64,000 nt of DNA from an uncultured Bacteroidales bacterium (GCA_963733455.1 CAVTDE010000006.1:218373-282372), one strand, 5' to 3'; shown: positions 18,767 through 29,346, numbered from the stretch's first letter. Notes: generated by a model from the letters alone, not told the origin. Program-made: numbers and translations.

Positions 18767-19675
18767 TTAATTTTTAGCTTCAACCACTCTGATAAATATC
18801 TCATTCATTGAGGGAAGAGACGGATTGAATGAAACAACACTACCTGAATTTACTGCAGTTCTGAGGATCTCATTTGTTGTGATATCGCTTGTAGTTTTCA
18901 GTCTGATTATACTTTTATTGTTTTCTGATTTCTTATTCAGGATTTTATACTGGCCATTTCCCTCGATTGTCACATCTCCTGCAAAAACGAGGTCGTACTC
19001 GTTGGCAGCCCATTTCCTGCGGATCTCATTGACACTACCTTCGAGAATAGTCTTTGCTTTATCGATAAGAGTAATATTATCGCAGAGTTCCTCAACGGAA
19101 GCCATATTATGGGTTGAGAAAATAATTGTTGCACCTCTTTCCCTTAAAAAAAGGATTTCGTTTTTTATGGTATTTGTATTAACAGGATCAAATCCTGTAA
19201 AAGGCTCATCAAAGATCAGGAGTTTCGGTTCGTGGAGTATGGTTGTAACGAACTGAACTTTTTGCTGCATGCCTTTTGAAAGCTCTTCAACTTTCTTACC
19301 CCACCAGTCGATAATATCAAGTTTTTTGAACCAGTACTTCAGTCTTTTCATTGCTTCAGCTTTTGAGAGTCCTTTAAGCTGAGCAAAATACAAAGCCTGT
19401 TCTCCAACCTTCATCTTTTTATAAAGGCCGCGTTCCTCTGGCAGGTAACCGATTGCGAGTACATCATCGGGTTTCAGCTTTTTGCCATTCAGGAAAAGTT
19501 CTCCGGTATCAGGACCTGTGATCTGGTTTATAATTCTGATAAGAGTTGTCTTACCGGCACCGTTTGGTCCGAGAAGTCCAAAAATGCACTGCTCAGGTAC
19601 GGAGATGCTTACATTATCGAGGGCCTTAAAGGTTCCAAACTGTTTTGTTATGTTTTTTGCTTCAAAAAGTGCCAT
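18767..19675 (-). CDS. ABC transporter ATP-binding protein (NatA/YhaQ-like)
   Basis: GPNGAGKTT, GYLPEERGLY, LSKGMQQK, DEPFTGFDP. Confidence 0.92.
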   Translation of the reverse strand: MALFEAKNITKQFGTFKALDNVSISVPEQCIFGLLGPNGAGKTTLIRIINQITGPDTGELFLNGKKLKPDDVLAIGYLPEERGLYKKMKVGEQALYFAQLKGLSKAEAMKRLKYWFKKLDIIDWWGKKVEELSKGMQQKVQFVTTILHEPKLLIFDEPFTGFDPVNTNTIKNEILFLRERGATIIFSTHNMASVEELCDNITLIDKAKTILEGSVNEIRRKWAANEYDLVFAGDVTIEGNGQYKILNKKSENNKSIIRLKTTSDITTNEILRTAVNSGSVVSFNPSLPSMNEIFIRVVEAKN

Positions 19676-19769
19676 AAAGAATTATTAGTTAATTAAAATG
19701 AGATGTAAATATATAAAACATTGTGAATCCCTGTATAATTCCCGGCCGGGGTGGTGAGAATTGAATCAA

Positions 19770-19988
19770 CTTTAGAAAGTCTAAATCCATTAACCGCAAA
19801 GATCGCGAAGGAGTACGCAAAGATCGCAAAGAGTTAATTATTAACGTTTTAGCTTGGCGCACTTTGCGCCTTCTTAGCGTGCTTTGCGGTTAAAAAAGAC
19901 ATTTTCAACGACCCCAAACTTATTTAATTGTATCTCGGCTATTTTAATAATTCTCAGTCTAAAACTGATTCTTAGGTTGACGGCTTTG
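19770..19988. mobile_element. Partial MITE: AACCGCAAAG REP cargo plus the MITE right arm
   Basis: Same organisation and orientation as 11125-11346; ends TTCTTAGGTTGACGGCTTTG. Confidence 0.7.
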
Positions 19989-20018
19989 GGGCGGGGAGAG
20001 TCGTTATCCCGGTTATCC

Positions 20019-21170
20019 TTACTGGAAGTATCCCCGCATCCTTTCAAAGAATCCTTTATCGTCTTTGTCGGGCTTGGGGGTAAAAGAATCAGAATCCCTG
20101 AATTTCTCAATGATCTTTATCTCTTCCCTGGTAATATTCTTTGGTATCCAGACATTTACATTGACAAGGAGGTCACCGCGGCCATAGCCGTTTACTTCCG
20201 GAAGACCTTTCCCCCTGAGGCGGAGTATTTTACCAGGCTGGGTACCGGGTTCTATCTTTATTTTAACGTTGTTGTCGACAGTTGGTATTTCGACATGAGT
20301 TCCCAGTGTAGCATCAGGGATACTTATAAAAAGATTATAGATAAGGTCGTTACCCTCTCTTATAAGATCAGGATGTTCCTCCTCGTCGATGACGACCAGA
20401 AGGTCACCGTTAACGCCACCGCGCCGCGGTGCATTTCCTTTGCCGCTGACTGTCATCTGCATTCCTTTTCCAACTCCTGCAGGAATATTTATCTTGATGA
20501 TTTCTTCTTTCTGGATGATACCTTCACCGTAGCATACCGCACATTTTTTTGTGATGGTTTTGCCTTCGCCGCCGCAGGCAGGGCAGACGGAGGTTGTCTG
20601 CATCTGGCCGAGCATGGTGTTTGTGATACGGGTTACATGCCCCGAACCATGGCATGTTGAACAAGTTGACATGCTGTTCTGATCTGCAGCACCGGTCCCG
20701 CCGCAATTGTCACACGTAACATATTTATTTACCTTGATCTTCTTTTCTGTTCCGGATGCAATCTCCATGAGATTGAGTTTGACCTTAACCCTGAGGTTGC
20801 TTCCTTTATTCACTCTTCTGCCGCTTCCCCGCCTTGAACTTCCAAACCCCCCGAAACCACCAAAAGCATCTCCGAAAATATCACCAAAAGATGAAAATAT
20901 ATCCTCAACAGTCATTCCGGCACCACCGAAGCCATTGGCAGCACTTCCGACGCCTTCATGACCATAGCGGTCGTAGCGGGCTCGCTTCTCATCATTGCTT
21001 AAGACCTCGTACGCAGATGCGGCTTCCTTAAAATTCTCTTCTGCTTTTTTATCACCCGGATTTTTGTCGGGATGATATTTTAAAGCCTGCTTTCTGTAAG
21101 CCTTTTTGATCTCTTCCTTCGTAGCCCCCCGTGAAACACCCAGAACCTCATAATAATCCCTTTTCTCCAT
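20019..21170 (-). CDS. dnaJ: Molecular chaperone DnaJ
   Basis: J-domain with HPD, G/F-rich region, four CxxCxGxG repeats. Confidence 0.97.
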   Translation of the reverse strand: MEKRDYYEVLGVSRGATKEEIKKAYRKQALKYHPDKNPGDKKAEENFKEAASAYEVLSNDEKRARYDRYGHEGVGSAANGFGGAGMTVEDIFSSFGDIFGDAFGGFGGFGSSRRGSGRRVNKGSNLRVKVKLNLMEIASGTEKKIKVNKYVTCDNCGGTGAADQNSMSTCSTCHGSGHVTRITNTMLGQMQTTSVCPACGGEGKTITKKCAVCYGEGIIQKEEIIKINIPAGVGKGMQMTVSGKGNAPRRGGVNGDLLVVIDEEEHPDLIREGNDLIYNLFISIPDATLGTHVEIPTVDNNVKIKIEPGTQPGKILRLRGKGLPEVNGYGRGDLLVNVNVWIPKNITREEIKIIEKFRDSDSFTPKPDKDDKGFFERMRGYFQ

Positions 21171-21219
21171 CCTGCCTTATTTGATCTTTTTTGCCAAAAG
21201 AATTATGACCTTATACTTA

Positions 21220-21864
21220 CTACTCACCTATAACAACTTTTGAATGCCTGATAACCTTGTCTTTAAGATAATATCCCTTCAAAAGAACATCTACTATTTT
21301 ACCCTTCATGTCCTCGTCAGTTACCGGCGTTTTAGCAACTGCCTCATGCAGGTCAACACTGAAATCGGTGCCCAGAGCCTTAATTTCGGTTAATCCCTGC
21401 TGTTTCAGAAAATCAGATAATTTCATGTAGATGAGATCAATACCCTCTTTTACTGCATCGCAGTCAGGCGAAGACACGATATGTTTCAGAGCCCTCTCGA
21501 AATCATCCATGAAGGGAAGTATCTTTTTAAGGAGATCTTCACCTGCATATTTTGAGATATCCATTTTTTCCTTAAGGGTTCTCTTTCTGTAATTATCAAA
21601 TTCCGCTGAAAGGCGAAGGTATTTATCCTGCATCTCTGCCAGTTTTGCTTCAAATACCTTCTCTTCAGGTACAACTTTGTCAGCCTCAGAATCCTGTCCG
21701 GCTTCCGCATTTAAAATAGTCTCAGCCTCTTCTTCTTCCGAGGGTAATCCTGGTATGGTTACATTTTCTCCGGTTTCCTGATGCTTAATATCTTTATTGT
21801 CAATTGCTTCATTGCCGTTTTTCTCTTTACTGTCTTCGTTCTCATTAGCTCTTTTCTTTACCAT
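21220..21864 (-). CDS. grpE: Nucleotide exchange factor GrpE
   Basis: YLRLSAEFDNYRKR, DDFERAL, HEAV, KGY.L.DKVIR; adjacent to dnaJ. Confidence 0.96.
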   Translation of the reverse strand: MVKKRANENEDSKEKNGNEAIDNKDIKHQETGENVTIPGLPSEEEEAETILNAEAGQDSEADKVVPEEKVFEAKLAEMQDKYLRLSAEFDNYRKRTLKEKMDISKYAGEDLLKKILPFMDDFERALKHIVSSPDCDAVKEGIDLIYMKLSDFLKQQGLTEIKALGTDFSVDLHEAVAKTPVTDEDMKGKIVDVLLKGYYLKDKVIRHSKVVIGE

Positions 21865-21947
21865 TACTCACAATATTACAGTTTGAAGATTATTATTTAC
21901 AAAATTTCTGCCATAAACAGGAACTTGACAATTTGGCAGGTGGAAGA

Positions 21948-22075
21948 TAACGGCGTAACGGCTCAACGGCTAACGGCTTAACGGCGTAACGGCTCAACGG
22001 CGCAACGGCGCAACGGTGAGGGTTAAACACAGAATGAAAGCCTTTACGCCGTAACACCGTAACGCCTTAACGCCT
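21948..22075. repeat. Degenerate 8-bp tandem repeat arrays (YAACGGCK about x9, then TWACRCCK x4)
   Basis: taacggcg taacggct caacggct ... caacggtg, then ttacgccg taacaccg taacgcct taacgcct. Confidence 0.8.
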
Positions 22076-23380
22076 TCATACCCTCATTATTTCCGCTCCC
22101 AAAGCATTAAGCCTCTTATCAATATTCTGATAGCCCCTGTCGATCTGTTCAATATTATGGATCACACTTTGCCCATCAGCCGATAGTGCGGCGATCAATA
22201 GCGCTACCCCTGCCCTTATGTCGGGGGACGACATTGTGGTTCCACGAAGCCGGATCATCTTATCCAGTCCAATTACAGTGGCCCTGTGCGGGTCGCAAAG
22301 AATGATCTGAGCCCCCATGTCAATGAGCTTGTCGACGAAAAACAAGCGGCTCTCGAACATCTTCTGATGGATAAGTACAGCTCCTTTTGCCTGTGTTGCA
22401 ATGACAAGGAAAACACTCAGTAAATCGGGCGTCAGTCCGGGCCAGATTGCATCCGCAATTGTCATTATCGAGCCGTCAATGAATGTCTCGATCTCGTAAT
22501 GATCCTGGCCGGGAATAAAAATATCATCATTGATGTGCTCAAAGTTAATTCCCAGCCTGTGGAATGAATCAGGTATAATGCCCAGATTTTCATAAGACAC
22601 ATTCTTAATCGTTATTTCAGAACCCGTCATTGCCGCGAGGCCCATAAATGATCCAATCTCAATCATATCAGGGAGGATCCTGTGAATACATCCCCCGAGT
22701 TCCTTTACTCCGTCAATGTAAAGAAGGTTTGAGCCAATGCCGTTAATTCTTGCACCCATGGAAACGAGCATTTTGCAGAGCTGCTGGATATAAGGCTCGC
22801 ATGCTGCGTTGTAGATTGTGGTACGTCCGGTTGCAAGAACGGCCGCCATTATTATGTTAGCCGTCCCGGTTACTGAAGCCTCATCCAGATGTATATAAGC
22901 ACCTGACAGTTCTGTTGCATTAACCTTAAAGAAGGGATCTGAAGTGTCGAATTCGAACTCGGCGCCAAGCTTCTGAAAACCTGTAAAATGGGTGTCAACA
23001 CGGCGCCGGCCTATTTTATCGCCTCCGGGTTTCGGTATAAATGCTTTTCCGAACCGGGCAAGCAGCGGACCGACGATCATTATTGAGCCCCTGAGGCTGG
23101 CGCTCTGTTTGCGGAATTCGGCACTCTGAAGGTAAGCAAGACTTACGTTCACAGCCTCAAAACTGATTGAGGATTCTGATTCCCTTGAGATTTTTACACC
23201 CAGACAACCAATTAATTCAATAAGGTTATTGACATCATTAATATCCGGAATGTTTTGGATTGTAACTTTTTCGGGAGTAAGCAGGGTTGCGCAAATCACC
23301 TGCAAGGCTTCATTTTTTGCTCCCTGAGGTATTATTTCCCCTTTGAGCGGTTTACCTCCCTGAACAATAAAGCTGCCCAT
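22076..23380 (-). CDS. murA: UDP-N-acetylglucosamine 1-carboxyvinyltransferase
   Basis: GAKNEAL, LRGSI, PGGDKIGRR.VDTH, SVTGTANI, PDMIE, DIRAG, IDRGY. Confidence 0.96.
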   Translation of the reverse strand: MGSFIVQGGKPLKGEIIPQGAKNEALQVICATLLTPEKVTIQNIPDINDVNNLIELIGCLGVKISRESESSISFEAVNVSLAYLQSAEFRKQSASLRGSIMIVGPLLARFGKAFIPKPGGDKIGRRRVDTHFTGFQKLGAEFEFDTSDPFFKVNATELSGAYIHLDEASVTGTANIIMAAVLATGRTTIYNAACEPYIQQLCKMLVSMGARINGIGSNLLYIDGVKELGGCIHRILPDMIEIGSFMGLAAMTGSEITIKNVSYENLGIIPDSFHRLGINFEHINDDIFIPGQDHYEIETFIDGSIMTIADAIWPGLTPDLLSVFLVIATQAKGAVLIHQKMFESRLFFVDKLIDMGAQIILCDPHRATVIGLDKMIRLRGTTMSSPDIRAGVALLIAALSADGQSVIHNIEQIDRGYQNIDKRLNALGAEIMRV

Positions 23381-24033
23381 TAATGACGGTATTGTCCTTT
23401 TTTCTTGATGAATTGTTTGTTTTGCTGTTTCCCGTGTTGTGGTTTACCCTGTTGTTGTGGTTTCTTTCTGACAGGCGGAACAAGTTCCCTGACTTCCAGG
23501 ATCTTAACACCGTCGGTAATTTTAAGTTTTCCGCGCGACAACAATTTCATGTCACCTATGATAACTTCATCGCTTACCTGACTCCGGTTCCAGGTGATAT
23601 ACGACTTTTTCATCTGGTTCACAATCAGCGTTGTAAGATATTCTTTTTCATCTCCATCCTCCATCTCCGAAGCTGCATCTATCATAAGCTCGATGATTCG
23701 GCCATAATGCAGATATCTTATGTCACCTTGTTTATATGGTATCTGATTTGGTTTTTCAACAAATTTTGAAGGCTCGGGCATAGGAAAAGGTGAATCTATA
23801 TCGAGGTCGAAATTTGCAATAAGTGCAAGGTGATCCCACAGTTTATGCCTGAAATCTCCGATGTCGCGGATCTGGGGATTCAGATTCCCCATGATCTGGA
23901 TTATCGTCTTGGCCGCCCGGTTCCTCTCATCGCGGTCTTTAATGGTTTTGATATGATCAACCATCTTCTGGACATTCCTTCCGTATTCGGGTAAAGCCAT
24001 TCTTTTACGTTGTGTATTATAATCGTAATTCAT
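23380..24033 (-). CDS. DUF4290-family protein
   Basis: YNTQR..L.LPEYGRNVQKMV, HKLWDHL, YGRII, QMKKSY..WN; usual neighbour of murA in Bacteroidota. Confidence 0.85.
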   Translation of the reverse strand: MNYDYNTQRKRMALPEYGRNVQKMVDHIKTIKDRDERNRAAKTIIQIMGNLNPQIRDIGDFRHKLWDHLALIANFDLDIDSPFPMPEPSKFVEKPNQIPYKQGDIRYLHYGRIIELMIDAASEMEDGDEKEYLTTLIVNQMKKSYITWNRSQVSDEVIIGDMKLLSRGKLKITDGVKILEVRELVPPVRKKPQQQGKPQHGKQQNKQFIKKKGQYRH

Positions 24034-24186
24034 CAGTCATTCTCTGTTTTTGCAAAGCTAATAATTAAAAGCAAATTAATAAAAGATTTGTTTCAGGTCC
24101 GTTCAGTTGGGTTTTTAAATTAATTAATGAAATAACCTGATCTTCAGAATCATTTTTAACTTTGAAATATTAATACAACCTGATTT

Positions 24187-25779
24187 ATGAGACCACTTCT
24201 GACTCTGGTCCTGGTAATGATTCCGGCATTTTCTGTGAGGGGTTATGACGGATACCGCCGACAGCCGGGAATTGACATATTAAATTATAGTTTTTCGGTC
24301 TCAGTAAGTGATACCAGTGATATAATTTACGGAGAGACAACTATTTCCATCAGATTTAACGGCACCGTCGATACCATCAGGTTTGACCTGAAAAATATCA
24401 GGCCCGACGGGAAAGGAATGGTAACCGATTCCGTCAGATTCAGCGTGGGAAATATAACCTGGTCCCATAAGGGCAATAAGATCATTGTAATTCCGCATGA
24501 ACCTGTAATCAAAAATACAAGCGGAACTGTGAGGATTGTTTACCATGGTATTCCTTCTGACGGACTTATAATTTCAAACAACAAATATGGAAGCAGGACA
24601 TTTTTTTCGGATCACTGGCCAGCCAGGGCAAGCAACTATCTCCCTTGCATAGATCATCCTTACGATAAAGCATCAGTTGATTTCATAATCATCGCCCCGT
24701 CTCATTATGAAATAGTTGCAAGTGGTTATCTCCTGGAGGAGAGTCACTTTAAGGAAGGAATGAAGCTTATGCATTGGAGGGAGGATGTTCCGCTTCCTGT
24801 AAAAGTAATGGCTTTCGGAGCTGCCCCGTTCGACATTCAGCTGGCAGGGAAACCGGAAAATATTCCTGTCTGGTCATATGTTTTCACCGAAAACAGGAAG
24901 GAAGGATTTTACGATTATTCGGTTGCCGTGAAGCCTCTGACTTTTTTTACTCAGCTGATCGGTCCCTATCCCTATGAAAAGCTGGCCAATGTCCAGTCGA
25001 AAACTATTTTTGGAGGTCTTGAAAATGCAGGCTGTATCTTTTATTCCGAAAACTCAGTTACGGGCAGGGGTAAGGCGGAAGGACTCCTTGCCCACGAGAT
25101 CGCCCACCAATGGTTTGGCAACTCAGTCACTGAAGGGGATTGGCATCATATCTGGCTGAGCGAAGGGTTTGCAACCTATCTCGCAGCTGTTTACCAGGAA
25201 AAGAACTATGGAAGGGAGAAGCTTGCCGAAAGCATGAAGAGAGCCAGGGAAACTGTGATCAAATTTTACCTCCGGACACCCGGTTCCGTGATTGATACTA
25301 CAATTACTGACCTTATGAAACTTCTAAGCGCAAACTCATACCAGAAGGGTGCATGGGTTCTTCATATGCTCCGTCATGATATCGGAGATGAATCATTCTG
25401 GAAAGGCATAAGACTTTTTTATGAGAAGTACAGAAATAAAAATGCGATGACGGATGATTTTATTAACGTCATGGAAGAGGTAAGCAGGAGAGACCTCGAT
25501 GCTTTTTTTAAACAGTGGTTGTATTCTACGGGTCTGCCCGAACTTAAGATCACGAGCCAGCCTTCAGCAAGAAATGGAAGAACCGATATCTTTATTGAAC
25601 AGAAGCAGCAGACGCTGTTCGGTTTTCCTCTTCAGTTGTTAATTAATTCACAGGACGGATCTTTTTCAAAGAACCTTAATATTTCCGAAAGGATTACGAA
25701 ACTAACTGTCAGAACGGGAAAGATCAATGAGATAATACCTGATCCGGAGGTAAATCTTCTGTTCAGGGTTATAAATTAG
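24187..25779 (+). CDS. Secreted M1-family zinc aminopeptidase
   Basis: GGLEN exopeptidase motif, HEIAH...WLSEGFATY, YQKGAWVLHMLR; signal peptide; TAACTTTG box at 24157-24164. Confidence 0.92.
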   Translation: MRPLLTLVLVMIPAFSVRGYDGYRRQPGIDILNYSFSVSVSDTSDIIYGETTISIRFNGTVDTIRFDLKNIRPDGKGMVTDSVRFSVGNITWSHKGNKIIVIPHEPVIKNTSGTVRIVYHGIPSDGLIISNNKYGSRTFFSDHWPARASNYLPCIDHPYDKASVDFIIIAPSHYEIVASGYLLEESHFKEGMKLMHWREDVPLPVKVMAFGAAPFDIQLAGKPENIPVWSYVFTENRKEGFYDYSVAVKPLTFFTQLIGPYPYEKLANVQSKTIFGGLENAGCIFYSENSVTGRGKAEGLLAHEIAHQWFGNSVTEGDWHHIWLSEGFATYLAAVYQEKNYGREKLAESMKRARETVIKFYLRTPGSVIDTTITDLMKLLSANSYQKGAWVLHMLRHDIGDESFWKGIRLFYEKYRNKNAMTDDFINVMEEVSRRDLDAFFKQWLYSTGLPELKITSQPSARNGRTDIFIEQKQQTLFGFPLQLLINSQDGSFSKNLNISERITKLTVRTGKINEIIPDPEVNLLFRVIN

Positions 25780-25782
25780 AAT

Positions 25783-26098
25783 CGGGCTGTTTAAAAAGTC
25801 TAAATCCATTAACCGCAAAGATCGCGAAGGATTTACGCTAAGATCGCAAAGAACATATTATTAACGTTTTAACTTTGCATACTTTGCGCTTTCTTAGCGT
25901 GCTACTATATAACTAATTTAAGAAATTACACAGAGCTCCACTGAGTCCCGCACAGAGGTTCACAGAGAACTGATTTCTTATAACTCGGTGGCCCTCTGTG
26001 CCTTCTCTGTGTAACTAAAAGTTATTTTTATTGATGTTCTCATATTTTATTGATGGGTGTATGACTTTGCGGTTAAAAAAGGCTTTTTCAACAATGCC
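25783..26098. repeat. IR-bounded AACCGCAAAG...CTTTGCGGTT REP element, interrupted by a 163-bp insert
   Basis: GGGCTGTTTAAAAAG / CTTTTTCAACAATGCC ends; body matches 11125-11275 and 19770-19915. Confidence 0.78.
25904..26066. mobile_element. 163-bp non-autonomous insert flanked by duplicated CT (IS110-like mini-element) containing a CACAGAG/CTCTGTG palindrome
   Basis: Junctions GCGTG-CT-ACTATAT...GTATGA-CT-TTGCGG. The empty site TTAGCGTGCTTTGCGGTTAA is seen intact in two other REP copies. Confidence 0.7.
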
Positions 26099-26147
26099 GA
26101 TCCCTTGATGCAGAGACGAAAAAATTTTATTCTTTCAATACTTATCT

Positions 26148-27284
26148 CTATTCATAAATCCAGTCATTACCTGAAAAGATGAATTCGCTTATATTGACAT
26201 TCTGATCGTAAAGGAACTTTCTGGAGCTGCGTATAAATGATTTCATCTTCAGGTAATCCGCAGGTTTTTCGAAAAAGTCAGAGCTGTTTTCAAACTGCGA
26301 GCACGGAAGTATGAAGAACTTTTTTCTGTATTCACGGATCGGAGTATATACCCATGTAAGATAGTATCCGGCATTTGTTACATATGTTGTATCGTCTTTG
26401 TTTTCAAGTTCAATTCTTACCATGGCCCCTCCGTCGGTTTTAGGTCTCCGCTGGTTTGAAACAAAATTGCCAAGCGAATAGACTACTATCCTGTCTTTTG
26501 TATCGGTACTTTTCTTTGACCAGATCATCTTCTGCATAACATGCGGATGCGACCCTATAATAAGATCGACACCCTTACTGAAAAAATATTCTGCAAGTTC
26601 TGTCTGACTTATTGATGGAATGGTATCATACTCAGTACCCCAGTGAAGGAACAGGATCACAGCATCCGGATTTTTGCTTTTAGCCTTTTCAATATCGCTG
26701 GTAATCAGAGTTTTGTCAAGGTAATTTACAATAGCCGGAGGAGAGACTTTAATGCCATTTGTACCATAAGTATAATTCAGGAGGGCAAGAGAGAATCCAT
26801 TCTTTTCAATTATAGCAGGATAAAGGCTGTCTCTCTGGTGGAGATCCGGGAAAGTTCCGGTATGAGGTATACCAAGGCTGTCGAGCCTATTTATTGTGCT
26901 TATGATTCCCTTTTTACCCCGGTCGGCAGCATGATTATTGGCAGTTACGAAAAAATCTATTCCAGCGCCGGCACATGCAACAGCGAGTCCGACCGGGGAA
27001 CTGAACTGGGGATATCCGGTATAAGGTTGTCCGCCAAGCGTGACCTCAAAGTTTGCGATTGCAACATCTGCCTCAGAAATAGCATCTTTTACATAAGCAA
27101 AAACATCGTCATAGTTATATGTATGGTCTTCCCTGTTTTCGGCCGACCAGATCTGTTCATCATGTCCCATTATATCTCCGATAAAGAGAAGCGATATCTT
27201 TTTTGAACCTTGCCCGGTGGTTTGTGCAGAAACCTGGAAGCAGCAATAAATTAAGAATATCAGAATGTTTACCTTTCTAATCAT
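26148..27284 (-). CDS. CapA/PGA_cap-family metallophosphatase-like protein
   Basis: GDIMGH, ANFE, TANNHAADRG, LHWGTEY, IGSHPHV, YSLGNFVS. Confidence 0.9.
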   Translation of the reverse strand: MIRKVNILIFLIYCCFQVSAQTTGQGSKKISLLFIGDIMGHDEQIWSAENREDHTYNYDDVFAYVKDAISEADVAIANFEVTLGGQPYTGYPQFSSPVGLAVACAGAGIDFFVTANNHAADRGKKGIISTINRLDSLGIPHTGTFPDLHQRDSLYPAIIEKNGFSLALLNYTYGTNGIKVSPPAIVNYLDKTLITSDIEKAKSKNPDAVILFLHWGTEYDTIPSISQTELAEYFFSKGVDLIIGSHPHVMQKMIWSKKSTDTKDRIVVYSLGNFVSNQRRPKTDGGAMVRIELENKDDTTYVTNAGYYLTWVYTPIREYRKKFFILPCSQFENSSDFFEKPADYLKMKSFIRSSRKFLYDQNVNISEFIFSGNDWIYE

Positions 27285-27375
27285 AAAATAATTTTGTTTA
27301 AGGAATCCTTAAAGTTAATAATTATTAAATTTGCGCGCTTAAATCGGAGAGCCTTGTTACTTTTTCGATATTAAT

Positions 27376-29346
27376 ATGAAGAGACCGGGAAATCAGTCAG
27401 ATATAAAGCAACTTTCTCTGGCAGGTGTGATAATTACCATGGGAATAGTTTTCGGCGATCTGGGAACCAGCCCTCTTTATACCATGCGTGCAATCCTGGT
27501 CGGCAGCGGAGGTAATATAAATGATCTGTTGATATACGGTTCACTTTCGTGTATTTTCTGGACACTCACCCTTTCGACAACAATTAAATATGTAGTTATC
27601 ACCCTCAGAGCTGACAATAATGGGGAGGGAGGCATTTTCGCCCTGTTTGCCCTAATTAAAAGAAAATCCGTATGGGCAGCAGTCCTGACTATGATCGGAG
27701 GTGGCGCCCTGCTGGCAGACGGGGTTATAACCCCGTCAATAACAGTTACCTCTGCCATTGAAGGCTTAACGCTTCTAAACCCTGGAATATCAGTTGTACC
27801 GGTAGTGCTGCTGATAATCAGTGCACTCTTTTTTATTCAGCAGTTTGGAACCAAAATCGTCGGGAGTTCTTATGGCCCGATTATGGTAGTATGGTTTTCA
27901 ATGCTTGGGATATTGGGTCTTTCACAACTGATCATCCATCCCTTTATTCTTAAGGCAGTCAATCCGGCTTATGCTTTCAGGTTCCTGACAGAATATCCAG
28001 GAGGATTTATTCTTTTAGGAGCGGTCTTTCTCTGTACAACGGGTGCAGAAGCTCTTTATGCCGATCTGGGGCATTGCGGCAGAAAGAACATAAGAGTCTC
28101 CTGGATCTTTGTCAAAACATGCCTTCTGCTGAATTATTTTGGTCAGGGTGCATGGATCCTTATTAACCATCCTACAGGTTCCAACATAAATCCATTCTTC
28201 GCCTTATTGCCGAAAATGTTGTTGCTTCCGGGGGTCATAATCGCAACAGCGGCGGCAATTATAGCAAGCCAGGCAATTATAAGCGGGTCATTTACTCTTA
28301 TCAGCGAAGCTATCTCACTGAACTTCTGGCCAAGGATCAGAATACTACACCCCACTCCTGTCAGGGGTCAGGTTTATCTGCCATTTGTCAACTGGTTTCT
28401 GTGGATAGCATGTTCCCTTGTCGTATTTTCATTCCAGAAGTCCGACAACATGAATGCGGCATACGGGCTTGCGATTACAATAACTGAGATAATGACAACA
28501 TTCCTTCTGTCATACTATCTTTATCAGAAAGGTGTTAACCACAGGCTTGTCCTGCTGCTGCTGATGGTCTATCTGACAGTTGAAGGAAGCTTTCTTATTG
28601 CAAACCTTCACAAGTTCAGCAGCGGAGGATGGTTCACACTTCTTCTGGCTTCATTTTATTTCCTCTTTATGTTTGGGTGGTATTTCGGCAGGAAGATTAA
28701 AAACAGGTATATTACATTTGCAAATCTGCATAACTACATTGAGCTTTTCAAGGCGCTTTCAAAAGATGGGTCAGTGCCGAAAATAGCGACAAATCTGGTA
28801 TATATAATAAGAGCCAACAGGAAGGACCAGGTCGAATCGAAAGTGATCTACTCCATTTTCAACAAGCAGCCGAAGAGGGCTGATACATACTGGCTTATCC
28901 ATGTTGACAGGGTTAATGATCCAAACCAGTTTGAATACCTTGTCACTCAGGTCATTCCCGGAGTTTTAATAAGGGTCGATTTCCATATTGGATTTAAAGT
29001 CGAGCCAAAAATAAATCTTTATTTCAGGGAAGTGCTTGAAGACCTGGTGTCATCGAATGAAATAAATCTGGAAAGCGGTTATGAATCATTAAGAAAATTT
29101 GATGTGCCGAGTGACTTTAAATTCGTTCTTATTGAGAGGATAATGCCCAGGGATTTCAAACTCTCAAACTGGGAGAACTTCATACTTGCAATATACAGTC
29201 TTGCAGGGAAGATGAGCATCACCGATATTAAATCCTTCCAGCTCGATTCGACAAATACAACAATTGAACAGGTACCAATCCTCATAGATCAGCCCGAGCA
29301 TGTCAGAATAAGAAGGATCCTTCCGCGATCCAGGAGTACGGCTTAA
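27376..29346 (+). CDS. kup: KUP/HAK/KT potassium transporter
   Basis: GIVFGDLGTSPLY, ADNNGEGGIFAL, DGVITPSITV.SAIEG, TGAEALYADLGH, GQVYLP; TAAATTTG box at 27326-27333. Confidence 0.95.
   Translation: MKRPGNQSDIKQLSLAGVIITMGIVFGDLGTSPLYTMRAILVGSGGNINDLLIYGSLSCIFWTLTLSTTIKYVVITLRADNNGEGGIFALFALIKRKSVWAAVLTMIGGGALLADGVITPSITVTSAIEGLTLLNPGISVVPVVLLIISALFFIQQFGTKIVGSSYGPIMVVWFSMLGILGLSQLIIHPFILKAVNPAYAFRFLTEYPGGFILLGAVFLCTTGAEALYADLGHCGRKNIRVSWIFVKTCLLLNYFGQGAWILINHPTGSNINPFFALLPKMLLLPGVIIATAAAIIASQAIISGSFTLISEAISLNFWPRIRILHPTPVRGQVYLPFVNWFLWIACSLVVFSFQKSDNMNAAYGLAITITEIMTTFLLSYYLYQKGVNHRLVLLLLMVYLTVEGSFLIANLHKFSSGGWFTLLLASFYFLFMFGWYFGRKIKNRYITFANLHNYIELFKALSKDGSVPKIATNLVYIIRANRKDQVESKVIYSIFNKQPKRADTYWLIHVDRVNDPNQFEYLVTQVIPGVLIRVDFHIGFKVEPKINLYFREVLEDLVSSNEINLESGYESLRKFDVPSDFKFVLIERIMPRDFKLSNWENFILAIYSLAGKMSITDIKSFQLDSTNTTIEQVPILIDQPEHVRIRRILPRSRSTA

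Noticed and set aside
19874-20660. 258-aa plus-strand ORF and 78-aa minus-strand ORF
   Set aside because: One is an antisense shadow of dnaJ and the other a translation of MITE/REP sequence; neither has recognisable motifs.
20019-21864. grpE-dnaJ without dnaK or hrcA as an anomaly
   Set aside because: This is the usual arrangement in Bacteroidota.
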